In this document: positions 23,245 to 35,535 of the stretch, piece by piece | Position numbering within the stretch: the stretch's first letter is position 1 | Layout of the letters: each line of letters begins with the position of its first letter | Assembly (NCBI RefSeq): GCF_964213995.1 | Contig: NC_135811.1 | Location: 107,446,001 to 107,510,000, forward strand | Source: Mustelus asterias | Lineage: Eukaryota | DNA length: 64,000 nt | Direction of reading: 5' to 3' | Program-made: the position numbers and the translations under genes | The notes under the pieces: model-generated | What the model saw: the letters and a program-made list of their open reading frames with translations, nothing else | Databases searched by the model: none | Told to the model about the DNA's origin: nothing

Positions 23245-26206
23245 AATTAACAAATCTTCTGTCCTTTGAAAAAAGCAAAAGTGAAGACATTTTGGGTATT
23301 TGCTAATGCTGAATTTCCTTTGGACACCTGTATTGCACTTATTGTTTACATTTCAATGGGTGAGAAAGCTCATAAGAGGCAAACAACTCCAACTCGGCCT
23401 TGAAGGAATCTTAAAAATGAGTAGCTGGTGCGTCTTTCAATATGTGTCTATTCTGGTGAACATTCAGATATATTTATTGATTAATGCCAGGAAAATATTT
23501 CTTCTTTTTTTGTATTATTTATCCCCAACAATACGTATTTATATAAAAAAATAAAAATCTGTACTTTTTAGTATTTACCTGTCAAAGCAGTTGTATTCAT
23601 GTCACTGTAAACAAGTTTATTTTAGTTAATGTAAACTAGAACAAAAATGTAGCTTTCTGTTACCATTGTACCTACAAATAATGTAGTTATATTGAAGGCA
23701 TGGGAACAGAATCGGACAGTAATTGTATAGTCATGATTTAGAAAAATATAGCAAATTCTCCTTTTCTGACACTCCTTGCCTTCTTCGTAGTTATTTTCCT
23801 TGCTAAGAGTTGTCTGTCAAACAATTCTGGAATAAATCTCCTGTTAACAGATTTTTGTTGTATGGTTTATGTATCAATGATCATAACATGGAAATATAAC
23901 ATATATATGCAACCATTAAAAAATATTTAATAGGCTGTTACATTAGCCATTATCTCTGAAATAGGCAACTGTGATGGTCAAGCTATTCAAATCATGCACT
24001 TAAGCTCTCTCTGCATTACTCCTACACAGACAAACACGCTTACACACATTGGTACCAGTAGGAAAATTTAACTCGTTTATAGATCGTTGCCTAATCATTC
24101 CACTGCTTTTATATGTCTCGTCTATTCTAATATCAGAGTGGGGGAGGGGATTTGTGCGGAGGGCAGTGCTCACATAATGCCTCTTACAAAACTAAAGAAT
24201 GAAGCACTTCTCCAGCTTGTAAATATCTTTATTACCAAACAAGGTCCAGAGACTTACACAAACATTCAGGAATTAAGGGGTAAAAAGTTTCCATCCAGTG
24301 TAAGGAGACACCACGTGCTGTCTGGGCAAAGCAGTCATTGGATCTGCAACAGAAACAAAGACCAAAGCATGAGCAGCCTGCCAAAGTACACAGACATTTC
24401 CAGCCCATTCCATTCAAAATGAAAGATGTTTTCCTCGGTCTGGCAATCAATTCATTTTATAAAGTGATGTTATGAGACCAGGATGTGTATGAGAATGAAT
24501 TTTACTCTCAAGATTTCCATAAAATCTGAAGCATGGGAAAATAGTATTAACCACCATGAAAACCTAATTTGATTTCCCAATTATTCAGTTGTTGATACGA
24601 AATTGCAGAATGTAAATATCTGAGGAGCTTACTGTTCTAACAAAACTTTGATTGTGCTTTTTAAAATTAGATTTATTGGATTTTCGTGCTCTAAAACAGT
24701 ATGAAACAGGCCTTTTATAGTAACCACTTTAAACATAGCCATAACCACACATTGGTTATACCCTAACAATGGTTTTACCCTATCAGCGACCTCGGGAAAG
24801 CTATGCACAGTGATTCTGGTTATCTAATCATATAACACAGCATTTATTTCTAACAGCGGCTAAAAGATAATTTTACCTCCCACAAACCAATTACATTGAC
24901 TCATTCTTTAAGCTTTCTGTACACTAATTGTTTGAACAGCAAGAATTATGTTTAGTACTTCCCATTCTTAGGCAAGTAAAATTAATTGCTGAACATAAAG
25001 TATTAAATTGCTTTATTTTCTTTGTGACTTATTTCTCAAGGCAAGAGTTCGTCGATATGTTCTTATTGCTGTAACATTAGAACAAAACCAAACACGAGTT
25101 AAAGCGGTCATCAGTTATAATTTCTAATATCCAACGTATTGATAATCATATTTAGTGTTTCCTTAACTAATGTTCTCCATTTTAAAACGCAATCCTGATG
25201 ATTTGACCATCATGTTTGATTTTTTTTTGCAAAACTTTGATTTTTTTAAAGAACTTATTTTATGTTCTTGTAGTACCAACATGAAAGGCAAAGCTCTCCC
25301 AGTCAGTTCCGAATCATATGCATAGTGATATGGATCATTTAAAAGCCACAGATCTGTGTGAAAGTTTTCCTGAGATCATATAACAATTCTCCAGAGTTTT
25401 CCAAATACAATTTCGCAGCTGATGTCAACCAGCGCTAAAACGATTCGGCGCCATATTGTTCGATTTTCGACCTCTTGCTGCCCAGAGAGAAAAAAAACAG
25501 CTTCCAGCAAAAAAGCCCGAACACATTTTGCTTTTGATGGCGGTCCGCAGAAATGCTTCAATCATTTAGCATTTTTCAGATCTCAACTGAAAAACAGTAT
25601 TTTACCATCAAGAAAGCAATTTTTGGCACTATTGGTTGTTACTTAATTAATTACATTGTTTTCTATATTCCCCTCTACTTGAAGACTTGTCTGCAGCGCC
25701 AAGAATCTTATTTCACTGTTTATATTGGATTCCTTTAAATATGTGTACAGAGAGAGACTGAGTACAAAACAACACCAAAAAATGGAAAATATTTAACTTT
25801 ATCGCTTCTTAACTCGTAAGCCTTTTTTTTATATTTTCAAAGATCAAAGAGTTTCACAGCTAAAAATAAGTGTCGTTTTAAGATACGCGCACAATGAAAA
25901 TAATTCCGCAGCTACCAATTCAAAACAAAACCACACGCCATGTTACATACAGCCTTGTCTCACGTCACATTTTAACCAATTATTCCTCGGTCAATGCTCC
26001 CGCTGCAACCCTCACACTCAATGAATCACAGTGTGGTGCAGCAAAAATTGCTGCTAATTTTACTGGCCGGATCAGACGTATTTTAAAATTAATTAAAGAT
26101 CCTAATGTTGGGATCATTTTCTTGCAGTGTTAAGGATAGATTTCTTCTGTTCTGAATGGTTTCAGTATCTCAGCGGCCTGTAAAGGGGCCCGCACTTAAA
26201 TACTTG

Positions 26207-26275
26207 CACCCACACATGTCTGGCAAACAAAGGTTTCTAGGCCCCATCGCACGAATTCATTTACACGTCCCACAC
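26207..26275. promoter_or_regulatory. Hoxb2 r3/r5 enhancer core (Krox20 sites and Box1/Sox)
   Basis: CACCCACAC 26207-26215, ACAAAG 26227-26232 and GTCCCACAC 26267-26275, about 1.4 kb upstream of the HoxB2 ATG. Confidence 0.7.
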
Positions 26276-26556
26276 AACGTTTTAACAGGAGGGATTGCAT
26301 GCCAAACCAAGGCAATGTTTTATATATTTCCCTTGAAAACATGAAGGGGCTCTAATCTGACTATTCATTTGTAGCCTCACTCAGTTCTCATGAAGTCAGG
26401 GATTCATTATTATTATGTGTTTGCGGCTTTTGATTTAAAACTAAATGCATTTCGTCACCCTGCTTTTAAAAAAATGATAAGAAAGGAAGGCCAGCTTCAC
26501 TTCCTGGCATTTGATATGGGGAAGCAAATTCTTCTGTGTTTGCTTCCAAGCCTTAG

Positions 26557-26589
26557 CTGTCAAGCCATTTTGTGGGGAAAGATTGATCG
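26557..26589 (+). promoter_or_regulatory. Hoxb2 r4/neural-crest enhancer core (Meis/Prep and Pbx-Hox)
   Basis: CTGTCA at 26557-26562 and AGATTGATCG at 26580-26589. The latter matches the recalled mouse Hoxb2 Pbx-Hox site. Confidence 0.8.
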
Positions 26590-27641
26590 TGGCCGCTTTC
26601 AGTTCCTCCTAGGGTTCAGCGTTTTATAAAGATTTTTGTTGCAACTTTCAGGCGAGTGACTCTTTCAAATAACTTTTTAAAAATAAATGTCTCCTTTTTA
26701 CATTGTCACAAGTTTTCTCATGAAGCAGTAGATTTAAAATGAGTTTTCAATAAACTTGCGTAGTTTTAAACAAGTTTTTTGGGATGATAGTAATTTAAAA
26801 ACAACACCTCAAAAAGGAAACTCTGTCTATAAATAGATAGCGGGATAGATAACTGAATGGATAAATAGATAGCGAGAAAAGTGTTGCAGTAAAATTTTCC
26901 AGGATACATAAATAGGTTAAAATGGTTACTCAATAGTTTCTCACTATTTCAAGCCTACCTCAAATTAAAATCCAATACTTACCTGGTTTCAGAAACCTCT
27001 TCTCTGCTTTGAAAAACTATAGTAATAGCACTTATATCCATTCGATAATTGGAAAAAGCACATTTTGTGAATTGTGTCCAATGATACAAGCATTTAAAAG
27101 GTTTGGAACTTTCCTACAGGCAAATTGCAACTGCCTGGCTGATCTTGTGAAAGTTCTATTTTGTTACAGGCCCTCTTGTCAAAACTTTGAAGATTAATGA
27201 GGTACCTTGTTAATTACTCAAGCCGCCAGATTTTAGGTGCAAATCTTCTTCACTTGAATTGCAAAATACTCTGATATAATTGGCAGAATTTTTTTTTTAA
27301 ATCAACATGCAGCTTTCTTCAAAATAACAAAAAGCATGAGAAGAATTGGTAAAATCTGGAGGTAAATTTAGAATTCTGACAATAAAAATAAAGTGGAATT
27401 TTCCTTCACTTTTTTGGATCAATTGCAGAGATAATGATTTCTTTTCATAGACAACAAATTGCTATTGGGCAACGCCAATCATGTGACAACGAATTTGGTC
27501 CAATTTCAATCTGGTCCTCAGTTTAATAGAGTCTGTCCCCATACGCCTTGTAATATCAGAGATACAGAATTAAAGCCTGAAAATATTTTTTTTCTCGACC
27601 TGCAATATTCATAACTTTCTCCATTCGGGATTAAGAAAGCC

Positions 27642-28005
27642 ATGAATTTCGAATTGGAGCGAGAGATTGGTTTTATTAACAGCCAGCCTTCGCTTGCCGA
27701 GTGCCTGACGTCCTTCCCTGCTGTCGCTGATACATTTCAAAGTTCATCAATCAAGAACTCGACGCTTTCACACTCGACACTAATTCCTCCTCCTTTTGAG
27801 CAGACCATCCCGAGCCTGAATCCCAGCAGCAACCAGCCGCGGCCAAGTCGAGAAAAGCGGCCTCCAAATGGCTCATTCCCATCTGCTGCCGCGGCCGAGT
27901 TTCCATGGATGAAAGAGAAAAAGTCGTCGAAAAAAATCAACGAAACACCTTTGTCATTGTCAGCTCCGGTCCCTGGCTCCTCTCGTACGGTGGAGTCTCC
28001 GACAG
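27642..28005 (+). CDS. HOXB2: HoxB2 coding exon 1 (joins 28622-29337; 359 aa total)
   Basis: [28 protein letters not shown] (B2-type) and EFPWMKEKK. Donor CAG|GTCTGC at 28005/28006, phase 1. Confidence 0.93.
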
Positions 28006-28621
28006 GTCTGCCCAAAGCCGAGACTTCCTCTGCACGTTTATATTAAGCTATATATTTTTAGAGCAAAATACGTAATTTACAAAACTTTAGTGTGCAGAAT
28101 CTATACCAATTAGAGCATAGATGACAACGCCTTACAAAGCAGCGTGCTAATCTAGGATTTTATTGCTGTTTGATTTATGAAATGCATTTATAATTGCCTG
28201 ATGGATCCAGTGCTTTAAAATGTTGATTTATTGTAATATTTTGTTTAATGTTGTTTTAATATGCGATTTATGTTGTCAGAAGTGTTTCGATATATTGTAG
28301 ATTCTGGTATTTGCATTCTCGGCGGCCATGTTGAACAAACTCTTATAAACTGCAACAACTAGAGGAAGGGCAAGATGCGTTTTGCTGGAAGAATTTGTTA
28401 ATTTTAATGTTTTAATTAAAGGACAATGTTACTTATTGACCGGTTGCGAGAAAGCAACATTTACAACGCTACTTTTCAATCTTAATTTGTGAAAGGACGG
28501 TTTCTGGTCCAACAGAAACTACTGCAGCTTTTTTTTCAATGGGCATGTTAAACATTTACTTTCACTCCTCCTCACGGTCTTTCTCTGTTTCTCTTTCTCT
28601 CTTTCTACCCTTTATTGTTAG

Positions 28622-29337
28622 AAGGCCAGGGTGAACAGGATAACAGCAGCAGCTCCCGGAGATTAAGGACAGCCTACACAAATACGCAGCTCTTGGAACT
28701 AGAGAAAGAGTTTCACTTCAACAAATATCTGTGCAGGCCCCGCAGAGTGGAGATCGCGGCCCTACTCGAACTGACCGAGAGGCAAGTTAAAGTCTGGTTC
28801 CAAAACCGGCGCATGAAGCACAAGCGGCAAGCACAGTATAAAGAAAATCAAGACGGAGAGGCTAGTTTCTCCAACAGCTCGCTTCCAGAGGACAAAGCCG
28901 AAGAGTCATCGCCTTACAGCCAACCTGTCGAAGCATCAGGAACTTACTTAGAATATAAAAACTGCGCTGAACAAGCAAAAAAGCAAAACCAAAACACACT
29001 GAGCAAAGAACTCCAAAACCTGCAGGACCTGACTGTGTGCGGCAGCGATGGAAAAGCCAAGAGCCCCTTTTATCTGACGGCCAGTGTTGAAAACGGGTTT
29101 ACAACAGGCCAGATGTGTAGCTCTGGTCTGGACACTCTCAACTCGGAGTACCTGGATTTGGTCTCCTTGCCAGATTTAAACATGTTTTCTTCGGATTCCT
29201 ATCTGCCGTTCTCCGATGGATTATCTCCCAGCTTGCAGGATTCCATCGACAGTCCTGTGGATATCCCCGAGGACAGTTTTGATTTTTTCACCAGCGCTCT
29301 CTGCACAATAGACTTGCAGCACCTTAATTATCAGTAG
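28622..29337 (+). CDS. HOXB2: HoxB2 coding exon 2 (homeodomain)
   Basis: Long pyrimidine tract then TAG ending at 28621. Homeodomain [59 protein letters not shown]-terminal [17 protein letters not shown]. Confidence 0.95.
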
Positions 29338-32300
29338 CGATTCGCAAGACATAAGGCCCGTGTAGAAATACAGCCATGTTTAAAATTATGCTCATTATTT
29401 CCTCTTTTAAATTACAGTAATGTGGGATATTAAAGAAAGGTCTGTGTGATATAGGATTGATCTCACAGTAAATAATTTATCCTTCAGCCTTGACCTGGAG
29501 TCTACACGAATTGCAGTCTTTATTGCACAGGTATTTAATTAAATACGGTTTTATTCAGTTGCATTTTCCTAAATTCGTCAAGACGTAAAAAAATGTAGAT
29601 TCCTCTTGTTTACTATCTCAGGAAAACATATATCGGAATTGTATTTATAGTAAAGCTGTTTTATCCTATAGCTCCCAAAAGGACAACTGTGACGAGTTAT
29701 TTTATGTTTTAGAGGTAGCCTATTTATTATAAATTCTGAAATAGTGAACTTTAAATTATTTATTGTACATTATTTTCATAGTTTAAATAAAACGACTTAA
29801 TTCTTTAATGAAACCTCACCGTCTGTGTTTCAAGGTGACTGCTAGTGTGTTTTTTTTCGAGATATATGCACCAAGAATTAAAGCATAAATAGCTCACGCA
29901 GAAAATATTCGCTGTATGTTGACAAAAAAAGTAACTCACACATGATTAAAAAAGGAAATCACAATATTTTTAATCTAAGAGAAATAGGCCTACCCTGAAT
30001 ATTTGGATTGGTCATGTTGGATCTATAATGGTAAAACGGCAGGAGTTATTTATCCTAGTTGTTGTGCCATTCCATCGCTTTAAGCAACAAATAGGATGCA
30101 TAACCAAGTGTTCTAACATCGTTTGGAGCTACTCTCTCCGTAATGTTCTTTGTCAAGGGCATAATGTATATGTTTTTGCATATGGCTCGCTTTATGCTTG
30201 AATGTGGCTCAGTGAAATGGGTAGACCAAATGTGTATTGAAAAAGATTTGGAATGTTAATGCCATTTCTGCCTGTGTTGGACCTCCTCTCCCCGCCCCCA
30301 TCCGTTCCTGTATCAGAGTGATCAACTATTATTCAACCAACGTTCCATCCAGCTGCTGAATTGAAGCGTCCAGCTCCCTGATTCCGTCAATTTCTGGGAG
30401 GGGGGAGATGGGGGGGGGGGGGGGGGAACAATAAATCTTCTGATATTATTGCAGTGTAATTCCGTAGAACACTACTTGAAGAATTAATATAAAAATGGCT
30501 GAAAGTGGTTAAAGTAGTTATCTCCAACGTGGAGCAAAGAGTACTACAGGCTTCATGGGCAGATTGCTCAACATGCGTTGAGATTTATTTTATTCTATAT
30601 GATGTCCATTTTAAATTTAGCCTAATGGGTTTTAGGTATCATCGGACCTAAAACAGCTGATCGAAATGTGGAAAACATGAAGTTTATTATAAACACAGAT
30701 GCCCTGTGGGGGAGGGGCTGAGGGGTTCAATGTTCCCATCCATCCAAACGAATCCGCTTCTTTCCACTAACCATTACTGACTGAAATGATTTAACAACTA
30801 TCTGATAGTGTGCCTATCTCGTGAAATTTAATCCCGTTGAGTTGGTGCAATGCGCTGTTTTAAATGTCTGGCGTTGTATGTCCTTCCTCTTACAGTTTTT
30901 TTCCCCCTCCATGTTACATAGGGTCGTCACAATGTCGCAATGCTGGCTGGTTACCCTTCATATCAAGCATCATTTTTTGTTTTGTGGGGGTGGGGTGAAG
31001 GAGGAGAGATTTGGCGGGTGGTTTAACAGCCGGATACCCTTCCTGCCGCGAACCTTCCCAATTCCGCTGGCTTTCCTGCATCAGTGGCTGGGTCTCTCGA
31101 ATTGTTTGTAGTCAGAGCAAGAACCACGTTTCTCATATTTAATAGCATCGCGATAAAATGAATGGTGAGATAGATCGACAGAGTAAGATGGTGAGGAAAT
31201 TATAACATAACATCTGGAGAGGCAGAAATTAAAATTTTACACATTGGAGCCAGATGTGCAGCAGAGACAACAAAAGAGGCAGCGGCTAAAATATAGGGTA
31301 AGGCAGGAGAAACTGCCCGACGAAGAGAGGGTGCGAGCAGGAAAGCTTCGCGCAACTGGCCAGAAAATAACTAACAACATCGATCATCAGTCCATTTTTT
31401 TATTCGCAGTTGTGCTCCCTCCCCCACCCCACCCCGCGCTCTGCCAAGGGAGGTTTATTTACAAGATGTAATTTTTTTTTGCTTAAACTCATATATCAAG
31501 CTGCTTTATGAATGAGGGGGTCATCTTGAGAAATCAATCGCAGTGACATAAAAATAAATCATATTACGCATTTGCCTAGTCACGGGTGTTTCCCAAGAAA
31601 GGCAGAAATTTGGTAGGGCCTTTGGAAATGCTCCACAGAAAATGCTGCAAATGTCAGAATCACCAGGCCCGCCTTACCAGCCTCAAAATGGCGCCGTGTG
31701 GTCTGACACACAAAACATTCTCACCATTTGCTAATATTCTGCAGTATTTTAACTCTGCATATTGTATTCTTTGTTGAATGGTATTTTAAAATCTCAAGTT
31801 TTGTTTCGTAATGATTTCAAAATACCTTGAAACACTTACTAAATTAGATCATGTTTTAATTTTTCAGCCCCCCCCCCCACCCCCCTTTGTCCCTCATTTC
31901 TTTATTTTATCTTTTCTTACTCTTCGCTTCATCTTTTAGGCACTGTTCCTATTGGAATAACTGGATCTCCTTTTCAAAGCTTCTTGTAGCACAGACTGCA
32001 TATAACTCTTGTTAATTGATGGGCTTCAATACAATATTCAACAGAAAATGCATATCACACAATAAAACATTCATGCTTAATGACTAGAGGCGGGCAACGT
32101 TAATGCTGTTTCTTTAACAAGCTTCATATTTTTCATTATCTGAATAGAAGAATCGTGAGGGACAGTAAAACAGATATAAAGCTGCAGAGACGGGGTAAAC
32201 AGGAAGGAGGGGAACCAATAAATGGTTTAAAAGGCACATTGAGAAAGGCACAAAAAGTAAGAGAGAAAGTTTGAGATCAGAACGTGCGGGATAACTATAG

Positions 32301-35274
32301 ATACAGAGAAATATACAGAGATGTAAATAAACAGAAACGCAGAGTCAGACACAGTGGTGAGGACAAGCAGAGACATGTTAACAGAGAGGAAGAGAGATAG
32401 AGCTACATTGCCTATTAAATGATTCTAAAAACAGATTAAAAAATTGGCTCCCTTGGTCAGAGGAATCCTGCTCATGTGTTTAATGCAGTATGAGGGCGTG
32501 GACTCCATTCTAAGGAATTCTAAGATTTAACCTTGTCATAGAGTTATGTGCGCTGCTTTATTCCAATATAAATGCATGACAGTTTAATTGAGTAGAAACT
32601 CCTTCAACTTACATGTGCAAACCTTGACGTGGTATCAATACAAATCTCTAACGAGCGCCTCTTTACATAGCATAATGACCAGTAAAACTTGCTGCACGTC
32701 CAGGGAACATGCCAGTGACAATTACAAATCAATTCTACGCCCACAGAACAGCCTTAATAAATGGGAACTAACCACTCAATCCGACCTTCCTTAAAGACAT
32801 AGTGTATCCCTTTTTTCTCCTCCTACTTGTCAATTTCTGATCAATTTCATAAATTTAAAATCAATCGTTCAGACATATTTCTTCATGTACTCTGATTGGC
32901 TTAAAAACTGGGAAGTCAATAAACAGATAAGTGAACTATAACTTAAATATTATTTAAGAAACAAATACTGTAATAAATTTAACAATTAAACACTAAATGT
33001 CAATAATAAAACGATTATATAAGTCAGAATGACAAATGCCAGGTACTGGATTTGTATATTACCAGCCGCTAAATTAGACCTTTAAAAGCCTTGGGATATA
33101 GTGAGTAGTGCTTTAAAGAGGCTGCCTATTTACACAGAAATCTACAAGTCGTGCCTCAGTGAAGGACTACTATAGTCTATCCACATTGAACCGTCCATTG
33201 ATGCGGCTGAAACATTATAACCTGCAACAAACCACATGGTTTCTCGTTTTTGAAATGTTCTATTCCTTTTGCACACCGTTTCACCTCTCATCGCATATAC
33301 TAAGAAGTACTAACGACCTTAAGTATACTTTTTGCACATAAGCTATCCCATCAGACCTCAGAAAATGGACAACCACTGCCAGCACACGTCGCTATGGCAA
33401 CTGAAGTGCGCGAAGCTTTTGCCTGAAAATAATGCTTTACAACAGATTTTCGACAAGACACCAATTTAGCAGTGCAGCATTTCGCTTTTCTCGCTGTTAC
33501 TTTAATCTTGTCGGCTCTTTAACCCTTTCTTTACCAGGGCCTCAAAACAGACCTTTGCTTCTTATAATCTACTGACCTTTAGCAATCAAGTTGTAACTTC
33601 TCCTTCAGTTATCTCACTTTCGTTCATCACCTATCTTTTTATTATCTTCAAGTTTGTCCTACATATGGGCTTTGATCCTTTGTTTAGCGTTTTGCCATTA
33701 AAAGATTCTGATTTTTTAGCATTTCTGTGTTGGAAATATTTTAACAGGATAACCCATTGGGACTTTACATCTGGTTTAGATTGGAGCCTTGGGAAAAACA
33801 CAGTACAGAAGAAGATTTTCTGTTGCGGGGGGGGGGGGGGGTAACAACAATGCTTAACTCTACTCTGTGCAGTCTTCCCCTTATGCAGTAGGGCAGATGG
33901 GCTTCATGTGATACTTCAGACATCAGTGCCCCCTTAAGACTGCATTCGGGTAGCAATATTAATTCGATGCACTGGAGAAGAAATTGAACTACTTATTTTA
34001 CAAAATATGTGAAGATTTTGACACAAAAGTAAAACGTACATTTATTTCTCAAATAAGGTACTTCTTAATTCTTTGAAAGAAAACGTATTAACCTTTCTCG
34101 GTAAATTGAATCCAACACTACAGCTTTGATAGTCACTGGGATGAATGGATCACAGAGGCATTGCTAAAGGATGCTGACATAGAAACAAATCGACATCAAG
34201 AATTGCTGAGGGATCATCTGCAACTGCAATTCAAAATTTTGACTGAGGGGTTTAAAGTCTTGCTGACAATGGCGTAAGTCTGTAAGTCAGTGCGAGTGAA
34301 TCAAATTGCAATATCTCGTTAAAAAACGGCCCTCTAATCCTAAATCGGGCCAGTTTTGTTTCTCTGCTAAATTGAAAGTAACTATTGCCAATGAGAGCAT
34401 TTTCACATTTAAAGAGGGAAAACGGCTTCTGAACACATAATTACAATTATGACTGGATAGGATAGAATTCGCCTAGTTTCAATGCACGTTAGCTTTTACG
34501 TTTTTTTGCTTTTATCAAAGATTTTGGAACTTGGAGCGCTGAAAATTGAACGTATTTTAGTTCACTTCAGCTAAATGCTTGTGACTAATATTGCATAATA
34601 TGGTATCAAATGCATTATCCCTGCTTCCCAACTATCGCAATCAATAAAACAATTCAGAATGGCTTGAAAGTACTATTCATTTCTGTCAACCACCTTCTTT
34701 CCATTTACAGGCAGCTTAAATGGAAATTGCTGGTTTATTAAGTAATCTGTGTCAGTACAGTTATTTTCAATTGATTAATTAAATGTCTTTCATAATAGGT
34801 GTAAGGCTACACGGTGAATGCATGGTCGGACACAGGTCTATCTTCTCGAAATGCAACAACTAAAGCGAACACGAACAAAGCATACTGCTTCATAGTGGCT
34901 GTACAGTTTTGCCAACCCATAAGTTTTACTCGCCAGAGGTCGTCTGTTCGGTCAATACTGGCTACATCTGGCACCCTGTAAAAGCAGCCGGTCGATGAAC
35001 AACATATATGGCGCTCATTCACAATCCTGTGTCAGCACGTGTTAAATCATCGGTTCAGTGAAACTCCAGCAAATGACTATGCTTGGGACATTACTGTCAG
35101 AAAACTTTGCTGAGTTACTTATGTGTTATGTTGTGAGCCAAAGATTCGTTTTTTTTGTAGACCATCATCCAGTATTGAGGGTCTCTTTCGGAATTCTGAC
35201 AATTAAAGTAACATTTGCGGGTTTTGTCTAGTTGTAATAAAACTCAATGATGGTTATATCCATTAAATAACTCC

Positions 35275-35535
35275 GCTCTCTCTCCCTAGCTCATTTCATG
35301 CACACGTCGTGCTTTCATTCTCTTTTGATTTTCATCCTTCTTTCACACATTTCTGTGCTACATTCTCTTTCTTCCTCTCCACACTTTGTCGTCTGTACCT
35401 CTCGTCTTCTCTATCCCTATCCCTATCAGCTATCCCTTTCCTCGTTCTATTCATTTTCTTTCGCATCCCTCCCTTTGTATCTGAAAATATCCATCTATAT
35501 CTTTATTTCTCTCTCCCTTTCTCCCCCTCCCTAAA
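35275..35535. repeat. CT-rich low-complexity polypyrimidine tract
   Basis: About 260 bp strongly enriched in C/T on the + strand. A similar shorter tract lies at about 10325-10440. Confidence 0.7.

Noticed and set aside
25038-25051. DR2-like AAGGCA-AG-AGTTCG
   Set aside because: Both half-sites are imperfect and it lies upstream of HoxB2, not at the Hoxb1 5' RARE position. Likely chance.
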